Part shown: positions 22,401-31,475 of the stretch, piece after piece | Layout of the letters: each line of letters starts with the position of its first letter | How positions within the stretch are numbered: position 1 is the stretch's first letter | From: Naegleria gruberi | Taxonomy: Eukaryota | NCBI GenBank assembly: GCA_000004985.1 | Contig: GG738913.1 | Length of the DNA stretch: 64,000 bases | Reading direction: 5' to 3' (one strand) | Program-made: the position numbers and the translations under genes | Notes under the pieces: generated by a model | Database searches by the model: none | What the model was told of the DNA's origin: nothing | Seen by the model: the letters and a program-made list of their open reading frames with translations, nothing else

Positions 22401-22709
22401 ACTAAATGAAGAAGTACCAACGCCTGCAAAAGTTGAAACATCACTAGACGAAACCTTTCTAATACGCTGATTAAACGTATCAGCAATAAGAATTTCACTA
22501 TTCAAGCCTAATGCTATCCCATACGGATATCTCAAGAGAGCATTCCCTGTCATTCCATCACCAATTTTACTTCCACCTCCAATCAATGTTGAAATTTTGA
22601 CAGTTGGCAAGGAAGTTGAATGGACATGTGGAAAATTCATCATCACAACGATGAATGTAATGAGCAACCATATGGTAACGAGAATTTTCAATGGTTTGCG
22701 TGAAATCAT
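19419..22709 (-). CDS. Giant NHL-repeat protein (about 20 NHL units) with a signal peptide and C-terminal TM anchor; teneurin/tenascin-like surface protein
   Basis: Signal peptide MISRKPLKILVTIWLLITFIVVMM. Iterated units of the form IADxxNHRIRKVSxxGxISTIAGTGxxGxSGDGGLATxAxLNxPxGV. C-terminal Ser/Thr/Pro stalk and hydrophobic tail LVYLVLICIVLIGQL. Stop is TAA. Confidence 0.85.
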   Translation of the reverse strand: MISRKPLKILVTIWLLITFIVVMMNFPHVHSTSLPTVKISTLIGGGSKIGDGMTGNALLRYPYGIALGLNSEILIADTFNQRIRKVSSSDVSTFAGVGTSSFSGDGALATQSEINFPYGVIVNSLGETFIADTSNHVIRKVSTNGKISTIAGTASSYGYSGDGGLATNALLNSPYGLALNSSSGEVIIVDTSNNVIRKVSSIGNITTIAGTGAAGYSGDNGQATNAKFNAPRAAFYSNGELFVADSRNHRIRKISNSGIVTTVAGTGTAGFNGDSILAKNAQLNYPSGISVNSNGEIFISDSVNNRIRKILTNGTIITIAGTGTVGLSGDGGLAVNAQLWLPSGIVVNSVGEIFISDSYNHRIRKISASGVISTFAGTSSFGEDVQASKSFVSPNGNPIIYGNNLLFTDNGKVRRVDLSTNVISTLSSVTPLGSAVSYYNNEVYVMYLGSYLSKIKSSLTAVAGTGAIGADSGDGLAITERLHNPNSIFISSNGDSYFSDSSNHKIRKLSNGYITTIAGTGTSGYSGDGSSATSAKLNNPKGVVVSSSGEIYFSDSENHRIRKISTGGIISTVAGSGESGFSGDGGLAISAKIHYPNGIAMNSNGELIFTDTRNNRIRKVSTSGYISTIAGNGTVAYKATFSGDNGLAINAQLFVPFAVAVNLTNNDIYIADSGNHRIRKVSSSSGIITTVAGTGTSGFSGDNGLATNAKLNFPFSISIGNSGEIYISDQYNQRVRKVAANGYISTIAGSGAIGFNGDGLAATSTCFNYPSGVSSNSNGDVFIIDSFNSRIRKLSSGKISTVAGGLGDGSSAVNSYLNSQSFAISSKSGEIFIADSNNHRIRKIATNGDISTVAGSGVAGFSGDGGLATSATLNNPSYVAVNSNGELLISDTNNHRIRKVSLNGIITTIAGNGTAGYNGEGNNASLYQLNYPSGLVVSSTGDLFIADSYNHRIRKLNVNGTISTSAGNGIAGLSGDGSLPTSAQLNFPTGLAVSSVGELYISDDSNNRIRKVSLTCSQGESLVNGLCEQTVTPTPSTSSGGSIPQPSKSITTPKTSGSKNVTPSKSQRVSEASATAISLVYLVLICIVLIGQLNLA
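19800..22450 (-). repeat. Intragenic tandem array of roughly 165-170 nt units encoding the NHL repeats
   Basis: The protein periodicity of about 55 aa (NHRIRK...IAGTG...GDGG) repeats about 20 times. The nucleotide copies are diverged. Confidence 0.6.
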
Positions 22710-22907
22710 TTTTTTTATGTTTCCTAATTTGAACTATTCGAAACAATGATAGTTGACTGAGTGAAAGAGAATAAACTGTTGATGCACCTCAAATAAAGTG
22801 AATATGGACAAGCAATTGCGTAAAGTTTAACACTTTCAACAGGTTTCCAATAATCGCAAATCAACAACTAAACAAGTTTCGTCCAATTCACCCATCATTT
22901 AAAAAAA

Positions 22908-23957
22908 ATGGCAAATTGTAACAATGTTTCCCACCTCAACAGGTCAATCCTGGTGACAATTCTTCTATCCTCCCTTCTGTTCACATGTTTCGTCTCACTT
23001 TCCCACTCAACCATAACCAAGACGAAACTCTACGGTTTAAACTTTGCAGGTGCAGAATACGGATCAATGCCAGGTCGTTACGGCTACGATTATATCTATC
23101 CATCTGCCTCTGATATTAGTTTATATGTTGCCACAATGAATTTGAATGTAATTCGTCTTCCTTTCAAATGGGATAGACTTCAACCGAAACATGGTCAACC
23201 ATTAGATTCTTTGGAATTAGCAAGAATAGACGCAGTTGTTTCAGTATGTGCTACTCATGGGGTGTCTGTTCTATTGGACCCTCATAATTATGGATATTCT
23301 GTGAATGGATTGATTGGCACGTCAGATGAGCCAACTGAAAATTTCACAGATTTTTGGATTCGTCTAGCTCAGCATTATTTAGGATATGATAATGTGATTT
23401 TTGGAATTATGAATGAACCGCATACACATACACCACTTCAATGGGCAGATATTGCTCAAACAACTTTGAATGCTATTAGGTCAACTGGTGCTACTCAATT
23501 GGTTCTTGTTCCTGGAACTTTTTATACTGGAGCTCATTCTTGGACATCTAATGTTCTTGGACAATCAAATGCAGAAGCATTGAAGAATATTAAGGATTCT
23601 GCCAATAATTTCATGTTTGAAATGCATCAATATTTAGACAGTGACAATTCAGGAACTCATTCGACATGTGTCAGCTCAACAATTGGTTCGACAAGATTGA
23701 AAACTACTACTGATTGGTTACGTCAAAATGGATTTAAGGCATTTTTAGGTGAATTTGGAGCTTCTGATGATACAGTTTGCATGCAAGCTCTTTATGACAT
23801 TTTGCAATTTATGGGAAATAATACTGACGTTTGGCATGGATGGACTTATTGGAATGCTTCTCCATGGAGTACAACTTATATTTATGCTGCTTATCCCCCT
23901 GATGAGAATCAACATCCTCAAGTTTCAATCTTGAAAGAAGCAATGGGAGTAGTTTAA
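22908..23957 (+). CDS. Secreted glycoside hydrolase family 5 endo-beta-1,4-glucanase (cellulase)
   Basis: Signal peptide. LYGLNFAGAEYG. The catalytic acid-base motif IFGIMNEPH and the nucleophile motif FLGEFG both follow GH5 spacing. Stop is TAA. Confidence 0.85.
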   Translation: MANCNNVSHLNRSILVTILLSSLLFTCFVSLSHSTITKTKLYGLNFAGAEYGSMPGRYGYDYIYPSASDISLYVATMNLNVIRLPFKWDRLQPKHGQPLDSLELARIDAVVSVCATHGVSVLLDPHNYGYSVNGLIGTSDEPTENFTDFWIRLAQHYLGYDNVIFGIMNEPHTHTPLQWADIAQTTLNAIRSTGATQLVLVPGTFYTGAHSWTSNVLGQSNAEALKNIKDSANNFMFEMHQYLDSDNSGTHSTCVSSTIGSTRLKTTTDWLRQNGFKAFLGEFGASDDTVCMQALYDILQFMGNNTDVWHGWTYWNASPWSTTYIYAAYPPDENQHPQVSILKEAMGVV

Positions 23958-24109
23958 TAATTTTAAAAATTATTAACAATAAAATTTACAATAAAAACTT
24001 GAATGTAAACTAAAATATCCATATTCGATATGAAGAACTATCAACTATTTAATGTCCACTTAAAAACATAAAGATGAATAATTCCAATAATTGTTTATTA
24101 TTTGAAGTT

Positions 24110-25402
24110 TTACAAGAGTAAAACTGCAATCATGACAAATAAAGTCATAACAGAAATGACAGATCTAACTGCAGAGCTACCTCTTGAAGTTGTTGCAATG
24201 ACCTTATCAGTATATTGAACAGAGTATTCCTTTCTGTCCATTTCAAGAGTCCATCCCTTATCGATTTCAGCCTTACCAGCTTCAACAATCCATGGCTTTA
24301 AGACATAGCTTCCTTCAGTTGGTGAGTTTTGAATCTTGACAGACATGGAGAGAGTACCAGTACCAGGAGCAACACTCTTTTGAATTGCCTTACCAAACCA
24401 AGAATAATCTGGTAATCTCAAAAAGTCAACTACAATATCCACATTGACATTGGCAGAATAATCAACATCAACTGTAACAGTTTGACTATTCAATGGAATT
24501 TTAACTGGTGGAGTCTTAATACGAATGGAATTACCAACCAATGGTGCATTATTATTATTGGTTGATCCAGAATTTGAACCAGTTGATGGAGCGGGTGTAG
24601 GAGTAACTGGGTTACCTGTAGATGTAATTTGAGCATCCCAACATGAGGTATATGGAGCACTTCCAGCATTGAATACCCATCTCCATTGGAAAGCATAACG
24701 ACCCTCAGGAGTGTTAGCTGGAATTGTGAAACAATTAGTACACAATGCCTTATCCATATTTTCACAGAATTTTGGACAATTTTGGAATCCTTTACCACCA
24801 CCATTTTCCAAAGTATTTGGAGCAACGTTATTTCCCCAATCTTGCAATAATTTCCAATCATTAGCACCTGGATCACTGGTTGGATTCAAACTAGAGTAGT
24901 AAATCTTGTTTCCATTATCTGGAATGTATTGGTTGGTGCATGAAGCAGCAACGTGATTCTTGGCTGGATATGCAAGACAAACCTTTTGTCCTGGTCTGTA
25001 TGTGGCCATTGGATATGATGATCTGTAAAAAAATCATGTGGTCAACCAGGACATGTTAAAATTGCAGAGAAACTTACGTATAGAAAGATTGATAGTTTCC
25101 ATTGGTAAGACCATATTTACAACTAGTATCTTGGTGATTGTATCCAGTATCTCCACCGAAAGCGCTGTTAATAGCTATTAGAAAGTTGAAGAAATAAATA
25201 TTCGAAATGTAAATATATTCGAATTAAATGAACTTTACGTACCAGCATGTGCAGACCAATTTCTTGGACGTGCTCTACATTTAGAAGCACTGTAATATTG
25301 ACCGTTTTCTTCAGTATAATCAGTGCAGTCAATCCATGAGTGAGCATAGACAGCAGACAGACACAAGCTCAACACGAATAATGAAAGAATAACTTTGTGC
25401 AT
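24110..25402 (-). CDS. Three-exon gene for a secreted Cys-rich protein whose predicted mature N-terminus is His (LPMO/X325-like copper-protein candidate), with a Thr/Pro linker and C-terminal hydrophobic (GPI-like) tail
   Basis: Exons at about 25402-25243, 25174-25078 and 25022-24110. The introns are 68 and 55 nt, with GTACGT and GTAAGT donors and AG acceptors. Signal peptide MHKVILSLFVLSLCLSAVYA, then HSWIDC. TPTPAPSTGS linker. Tail VISVMTLFVMIAVLLL. Stop is TAA. Confidence 0.6.
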
Positions 25403-25944
25403 TTTTTTCCTTGATGATTCGTATTAAAAAGAAGCAATCGATGGATTATAATGTCACACCTTCATAATTAAATCGGGTGGCTACTTGACATCTTGTGCTC
25501 ATCAACATACCACCCGCAAGAATCCTTGCCAAACATTGTTTCAGTGTGCTTATTGATATTCACTTTTCAATTATTACAATAAAATATTTGAATTGATTTG
25601 GAAGAGACATTGTTAATTATTGTAGTTGATATAATTGATATTGAACGAAAATTATAAAGATGAAACCTGTTATCTGTTAATATCTTTGAACGGTTGGATA
25701 TTTTGGCCCATGTTTGGGTTCTCATTGTTAAATTCTAACAAACGTCTGGATAAAATAGTTGTGTGGCTAAACCCTTCGGAAATTTCAATGCTGATTTCGT
25801 GATTTGAAAGCACTTAATCTAGAGTTGAATATCCAGAAATTAATAATGGAATGGTATGTAGATTCCATTTATTCCATTGTATAAGATTTACAGTAGTAGC
25901 AGATGATGAAGGTGTGAAATCTTATTGTGTGTTTAATCCATCAT

Positions 25945-27255
25945 TCATAGAGACTCAATGAAACTGTCCATTGTTTCAGAGAGTGGAAGTACAATAGTGT
26001 TGCTTGACTTGTTTTGAATCCAATCCTTCAAAACAGGTGGTAAATTAGAATCATTATAGAGTTGGAGGAAAATGTCTGGAATGATGAATAGGATTGGAGT
26101 GTTCTTCTTGATATCATTCAAGAGTTTGTTCATTGGGAATCTTGAGAGTGGGACACCTAACACGACAACCAGATCACAATTTTCAAAATCACTTCTCTTA
26201 TTATCTGAAATGGAGGATGGATAGCTCTCTCCCAACATGAGAATATTTGGTTTCAGACTGCAATCCTTCTTGGCCATTTGTTCACATTTTCCCTTCTTAT
26301 TGGTTGGAACATCCTTGTTAGGGAACATGGCAGCTCCTGTTTTGAAATCAAAAGTCTTTTCACAAGTTGAGCAAGTAAAACTATCAAGTGTTCCCAAGCA
26401 ATTAATAACTTTTTCATCTTCAAATGGTAATTTTTCAATACTTTCACTGTAAATCCTTTGAATTTTCTCTTGTTCATCGAGACTCATTAAAAACTTCAAT
26501 ACCTTGCTTGGCTTTTTATAAATTCTACTCCATCCATATGTTAATTTCTCCAAATAATTCAATAATGGTCTTGGATTTTCCACAAATCGATCAAAATTAA
26601 ATAAATCATCAGTACTTCCTTCATTAACTTCCAAATCCTGTTTCATATCTTGCTTTCTAGTCTTGATTTGTTCAAGTTGAAAATTCTGAATTTCCTCAAC
26701 GGATGCATATTCAATTCCCTCAACAACTTTCTCAGCCTTATGCTCAATATTATAGAGAATGTGTAAATCACCAAAAACATGACTCGAATGCACAGCATTT
26801 GTCTGTTGATAATACTTGATTGTTGCCTTTTCAAAAACATCCTTCGGAAGCACAGCTTGTGTCGTTATCGTCGGTCCAGTCACTACAATAATCTTCTCCT
26901 TTTCCTTTAGTAGATTTCTAGCCTTTTCCAAGAGAGTAGAAGAAGAAGACTTTTCCTCTTGAATTTTCCTCTTTAATTGATCCGTTAGTGATTGTTTTTG
27001 TATTCTTTTCTGAGAAGTTGTTGTATAATAGCCTTCTTCATTATTCTCTTCTTCTATTGTTGTTGTTGCTTCTAATTCTTCTTTGAAAGTTGTTCTTGTT
27101 CTTGTGGAGGAAAAAGCCTTCACTGATGAGTGAGAGAAAAATCTCGTTTGTTGAATTAATGATGATGATGAAGAAGAAAATAATGTTCTTGTTCTTCTTG
27201 TGGATTTGATGATGATTTTATTGTTGGATAAAATTGAGGATGGAATTTTGAACAT
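25945..27255 (-). CDS. Sirtuin (Sir2)-family protein with an N-terminal mitochondrial-type presequence and an atypical NAD-binding motif
   Basis: Ser/Arg/Thr-rich N-terminus. The zinc ribbon CSTCEKTFD...KCEQ..C followed by LKPNILMLGES...DLVVVLGVPLS matches sirtuin C..C...C..C, LKPDVVFFGE and DLLLVIGTSL. The canonical GAGIS is replaced by VVTGPTIT. Stop is TGA. Confidence 0.55.
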   Translation of the reverse strand: MFKIPSSILSNNKIIIKSTRRTRTLFSSSSSSLIQQTRFFSHSSVKAFSSTRTRTTFKEELEATTTIEEENNEEGYYTTTSQKRIQKQSLTDQLKRKIQEEKSSSSTLLEKARNLLKEKEKIIVVTGPTITTQAVLPKDVFEKATIKYYQQTNAVHSSHVFGDLHILYNIEHKAEKVVEGIEYASVEEIQNFQLEQIKTRKQDMKQDLEVNEGSTDDLFNFDRFVENPRPLLNYLEKLTYGWSRIYKKPSKVLKFLMSLDEQEKIQRIYSESIEKLPFEDEKVINCLGTLDSFTCSTCEKTFDFKTGAAMFPNKDVPTNKKGKCEQMAKKDCSLKPNILMLGESYPSSISDNKRSDFENCDLVVVLGVPLSRFPMNKLLNDIKKNTPILFIIPDIFLQLYNDSNLPPVLKDWIQNKSSNTIVLPLSETMDSFIESL

Positions 27256-27305
27256 TTTTTGTGTTTTATTATAATTTCATAAATAATAATATTTATTATT
27301 AATAT

Positions 27306-28379
27306 TTATTCGTAAATATCAATTTTCTTATCTACAAGTGTGTAATACAAATAAGGTCCATCCAAAGCTAGTGAATTTGGTTTACTTCCCAAAACTTTAA
27401 TTTCCTTTACTGATCTTTCTACATCAATTATGAGTAAGCCAAGTGCAGTTGAGCATAGGATCTTATTCGAATCTCTATCACAGGTCAAATACAAGCATTC
27501 GGTATTATCAAAGCTCTTGATGCATCTCCAATCTCTTCTTCTGTCCTTCTCCAAAATAAGTATTTTATCGAATAGAGAAACAACTAAATGTCTGTCATTG
27601 AGAAAATCAACCGATTGTAAAATTCCATTAAAACTAAACTCAATCATGGTTAATGGTTCTCCTGTAGAAGCTTCCAAAATTGCAATACAATCACTTTCTC
27701 TATCACAAACATATAGAGTATTCTCAGAGAAATGATACTTTTCATTGAATGATTTAGATCCATACGAAACAGCTGTAGAATAGGGACTATCAAAATTATC
27801 TTGTACCCAAACTTGACATTCACGTATATTTGCATCTGGTGCACAAAGTTTTTCCAAATCGTATTTAATTAATTTTCCATAACTTCCATAAGCAATATAT
27901 AAGGCATCCGTTCTACTATCACAATATTCTAATTCCAAGGCAAGTGAATCTCCTTCTCGTTCAGTTTCTACACATGAACAGAATTCCAAAGAATTTACAT
28001 CAAAAATTAGTAATCTTTCCAATATATTATCCAAGACAATGATAGCTTGGTGAGTATGTGAAATTTTCACATCATATGGATTAGTAAATAGACAATCACC
28101 AATAATTCCTTCAACTTCTATAGATCCATCAATCGAATCGACACAATTAAACTGATACTTGAATGTACTCAATTTCCTCTTCTCCCAATGTCTTTTCAAT
28201 TTCACCATGGAATTTAATAATTCCTCCCTTTCATTAAAATTCCACAAATTAACTTTTACACAATCTTCATTAACTTTCTGATCAGCATTCTTCTTGATTT
28301 TTTTCTGTGATGATTCTCCACCCGATGATGAAACTCGTTTTCCTGATGATGAAATTTTCACCCCACCAATTTTTTTCAT
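27306..28379 (-). CDS. Beta-propeller (NHL/SGL-like) repeat protein, hypothetical
   Basis: Repeated DALYIAYGSYGKLIKYD, NTLYVCDRESDCIAILEASTG and GPYLYYTLVDKKIDIYE blades. Stop is TAA. Confidence 0.45.
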   Translation of the reverse strand: MKKIGGVKISSSGKRVSSSGGESSQKKIKKNADQKVNEDCVKVNLWNFNEREELLNSMVKLKRHWEKRKLSTFKYQFNCVDSIDGSIEVEGIIGDCLFTNPYDVKISHTHQAIIVLDNILERLLIFDVNSLEFCSCVETEREGDSLALELEYCDSRTDALYIAYGSYGKLIKYDLEKLCAPDANIRECQVWVQDNFDSPYSTAVSYGSKSFNEKYHFSENTLYVCDRESDCIAILEASTGEPLTMIEFSFNGILQSVDFLNDRHLVVSLFDKILILEKDRRRDWRCIKSFDNTECLYLTCDRDSNKILCSTALGLLIIDVERSVKEIKVLGSKPNSLALDGPYLYYTLVDKKIDIYE

Positions 28380-28537
28380 TTTTTTAAATTGGGAATTGTC
28401 TATTTTTAAATTCCCTTGTTTGGTTCTATTTAGAATCTATGGTTGTATTGGAATTACAACATTAGTATTGGATCCTGATGGCTTTATTAATAAATGAAAC
28501 TGATCTATCTTGTTTACAATCATGAAGAACAACTAGT

Positions 28538-29453
28538 TTAATAAAGGACAACTAGATTTCTCTTACCAATGTTTGAAATTATCATTCTTCCATTCCTTTC
28601 ATTAATGACCAGGCAACGATTATTACTAAATTCTTCAAACTTATGTTGTGAAATAGGTTCTAAATCTTTTGTAAACACAAAAATGGCACCAATTGCATCA
28701 CTCACATATACCTTTTCTGATTTTTCTTCATAAAATATTGAAAAACATCGACTAATTTCCAGTTCACTTGTTGGTCTTACTTCTTTGTGGGCATTCCAAT
28801 ATCCATTCTCGTCTTTCCTAAATAGTCCAATAAAATTATTTCCACAAGCTATCAAATCACCGTTTGGTAAGCACTTTACATCTGCTAAATTTTTTATAAT
28901 CTAAAATACTCGTAATGTATTCACCACTTTTTGAATCAAAAATTTGAATAGTATCATTATAGTCAACCACAAATAATTGATTGTCCATTGAGTCAAATCC
29001 CACAAGAAGTGAGCATGTAGTTTGCTGTTCCCAAATAAGAGCTGTGTAAAGGGATTCATTGGTTAGTTTTTCATCCAATATTTTCTTTAAATCATACTTG
29101 TAGAGCATCTTTTCTGAACCTACAAGAATGATGTTTAATTCAGAAGGTGTTCTTTCCAAATTCACAAAATCCAATTCATTTCCAAAAAGAAGAGAATACA
29201 CCACATTATACGAATCCAAATCCAAAAATTTAACTCCATTTACAACAACAACCAACAATAAATTGTATTCTCTAACAATTACGAAACTAAACGAACAACA
29301 ACCCAAATCAATTACCCTTTCAATAGCAAATCGACCAGAAAATTCCACCATTGTAGGTTCTTTAAATTTTCCTTTTAAATAATTTTGTAATGTTGAATTG
29401 GCTTCCGGTGTATCAATCAAGTCAAACACCACACAACACTCATCTTGTGCCAT
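28538..29453 (-). CDS. Second beta-propeller repeat protein in tandem with the previous gene; the frame is broken by a +1 shift at TGA (28857-28859)
   Basis: ORF 28857..29453 ends in CGG TGA T. ORF 28538..28855 continues in the +1 frame as D-LIACGNNFIG. Similar blade motifs (DNQLFVVDYNDTIQIFDSKSG, KVYVSDAIGAIFVF). The final stop is TAA. Confidence 0.45.
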
Positions 29454-29701
29454 TTTTTTGTGGATTCTTTTGAAAAAACACCAAAATAATAACTTGGAAC
29501 TTGAAAAACATGGAAAAGAATGCAGATGGTGAACCTTGTCTTCAAGACCAACCGCTTAAAGAGTAGAAAGGGATAGGTACAAGTGAATTGTAAAGTTCAA
29601 GTACCATTACAGTAAACCAATTATTCTTTCCAAAGTTTACTATTTATCTGAATTTATTTCTTTCCATTTTTAGGCTAGACAGTACTTGCTTAATCGAAAA
29701 T

Positions 29702-29785
29702 CTTAAAAGGTTCCGATGAGACGGAATTGAACCGCCGACCATAGGATGACAGAGCTAACTACAGTCCCATGCTCTACCAACTGAG
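29702..29785 (-). tRNA. tRNA-Tyr (anticodon GTA) with an 11-nt intron after position 37
   Basis: The minus-strand read is CCGATGATAGCTCAGTTGGTAGAGCATGGGACTGTAG[TTAGCTCTGTC]ATCCTATGGTCGGCGGTTCAATTCCGTCTCATCGG. The acceptor stem CCGATGA/TCATCGG is perfectly paired. The intron position is canonical for eukaryotic tRNA-Tyr. Confidence 0.85.
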
Positions 29786-29922
29786 CTATCATCGGATATG
29801 ATTGGAAAGTCGAAATAACTTTTTATAAATACTTGTCATCAAGTCTCCTTTTAATCAGACATTGCTGCAAAAGCATGCTTTTTGGTGTTAGGCCTAACAA
29901 TTCATTAAAATTCTTGAGAAAA

Positions 29923-31140
29923 CTAAATCACCATTGCCTGGCAAAGTTTTGGAGGCAATCTTGATACTGTCTCGCTATCATAAAAGAGTTTTTTTCTATT
30001 TTGAATTCCAAATTTTAACAACTCTTTGAAAAAACTTTCAAAAAATTCCAAATCAATATAATTTTCACATATTGAAACAATGTCAAAATAATTATCAATT
30101 GTAATTCTAAAGTTATTCTTGCAATATATTACTAAATATTTAACTTCATATTTCATTGCCATATCTAGGAGGCTAATAATCTTTTCAGATTTATTGAGAT
30201 CAGCAAATGTTGATCCACAGTCAAACATAGCGTTAAATAATGAACTTGTTGAGCTTAAAATCGTTTTGTGGCAGTACAAGTAATTATTTTCATCCATTTG
30301 AATTTTTAAATCACTTGTTTTCTTATCATTGTATAATTGATTAATTTTCAAAGGTTCTATTTCAATTATTTCATTTAAAATTATTGGATTTGGTTGAGAT
30401 AATACAATTTTAGAGAAAATATTAACACAATATCTAGTCATGATTGGAAGAGTTGGTAAATATTTCGAACCTTCTTCGGTTTTCGTTTGAATGGCAGCAA
30501 ATTCAACACAGTAATTATGCAAATATTCAAGAATATAATTTTTTAAGTGCAATTCATTTGTGCATTGAGATAAATAAAGTTCAATTTCTTCCCATTTCTT
30601 GGAAAGATTTTGAATGGTCAGAGATTGAATAAATTGGAATACACACAACTTTTTCAATTCTATAAATTCATTATTCTGGAATAATCCTAAAATGAATAAT
30701 ACATTCAAAATTTCGTCATCATTAAATTTCAATTTAATCTCATTATAAAGTTGCGAGTCAATTAGGTTTTGAATAATTTGCTGTTGAGTTGAATTCAGAG
30801 ATGAAATTAGTGGCTCGTTCTTTAAAATCAATTTAGAAAATAATGGTGATAATATTTCAATGAGAGGAATGAATGCATAAATTGAGGTTTTGAATAGTAA
30901 ATCTCTTGAATGTTTTTTTAACTTGATTTCAAGTTTTTGTGGATATTTAAATCCACCAATATGAGGATTTTTTGATATATCAAAAGTAGAATCACCTCCA
31001 TGTCCTCGTTTTCCATTTCCAGCAATTGTTATAATATTTCCATTCTTCAATATTTTTCTAATTTTATGATTGTTAAAGTCTGTCGGCAATGTATACTTCA
31101 TTATTTGTTGCTGAAACGAAAACGCATTGTGGATCATCAA
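29923..31140 (-). CDS. Protein with a single N-terminal NHL-repeat unit and a C-terminal BTB/POZ-like domain
   Basis: NHKIRKILKNGNIITIAGNGKRGHGGDS is one NHL unit. YLYCHKTILSSTSSLFNAMFDCG...ISLLDMAMKYEV is BTB-like. Stop is TAG. Confidence 0.5.
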   Translation of the reverse strand: MMIHNAFSFQQQIMKYTLPTDFNNHKIRKILKNGNIITIAGNGKRGHGGDSTFDISKNPHIGGFKYPQKLEIKLKKHSRDLLFKTSIYAFIPLIEILSPLFSKLILKNEPLISSLNSTQQQIIQNLIDSQLYNEIKLKFNDDEILNVLFILGLFQNNEFIELKKLCVFQFIQSLTIQNLSKKWEEIELYLSQCTNELHLKNYILEYLHNYCVEFAAIQTKTEEGSKYLPTLPIMTRYCVNIFSKIVLSQPNPIILNEIIEIEPLKINQLYNDKKTSDLKIQMDENNYLYCHKTILSSTSSLFNAMFDCGSTFADLNKSEKIISLLDMAMKYEVKYLVIYCKNNFRITIDNYFDIVSICENYIDLEFFESFFKELLKFGIQNRKKLFYDSETVSRLPPKLCQAMVI

Positions 31141-31475
31141 GTTGTGAGGTTGTCATGGATTTGTGTGTTTCGCTTATTTTTTTAGAAATTGTTTATTATT
31201 AACATGCAAAGTTCTTGTTTGGAGATGAACCATAATACTAGATTGAAAATTTTAAATTGGCAGTGTGGATTTATTTCCACAAAAGTAATGATTAACTAAT
31301 ACATATTGGAGCAAAATAGCCACAAACTTGTGCTTCAAAAAGTTTTGCTTTCCAGCAAGTAAACTATTAATAAATCTCATAACTTTTTGCTCTGCACTAT
31401 TAATACCATTGGTGAACGTGTTTAGAAAAAAATCAAAACAAAAAAAAACAATTAAATAACCCACAACATATCATA

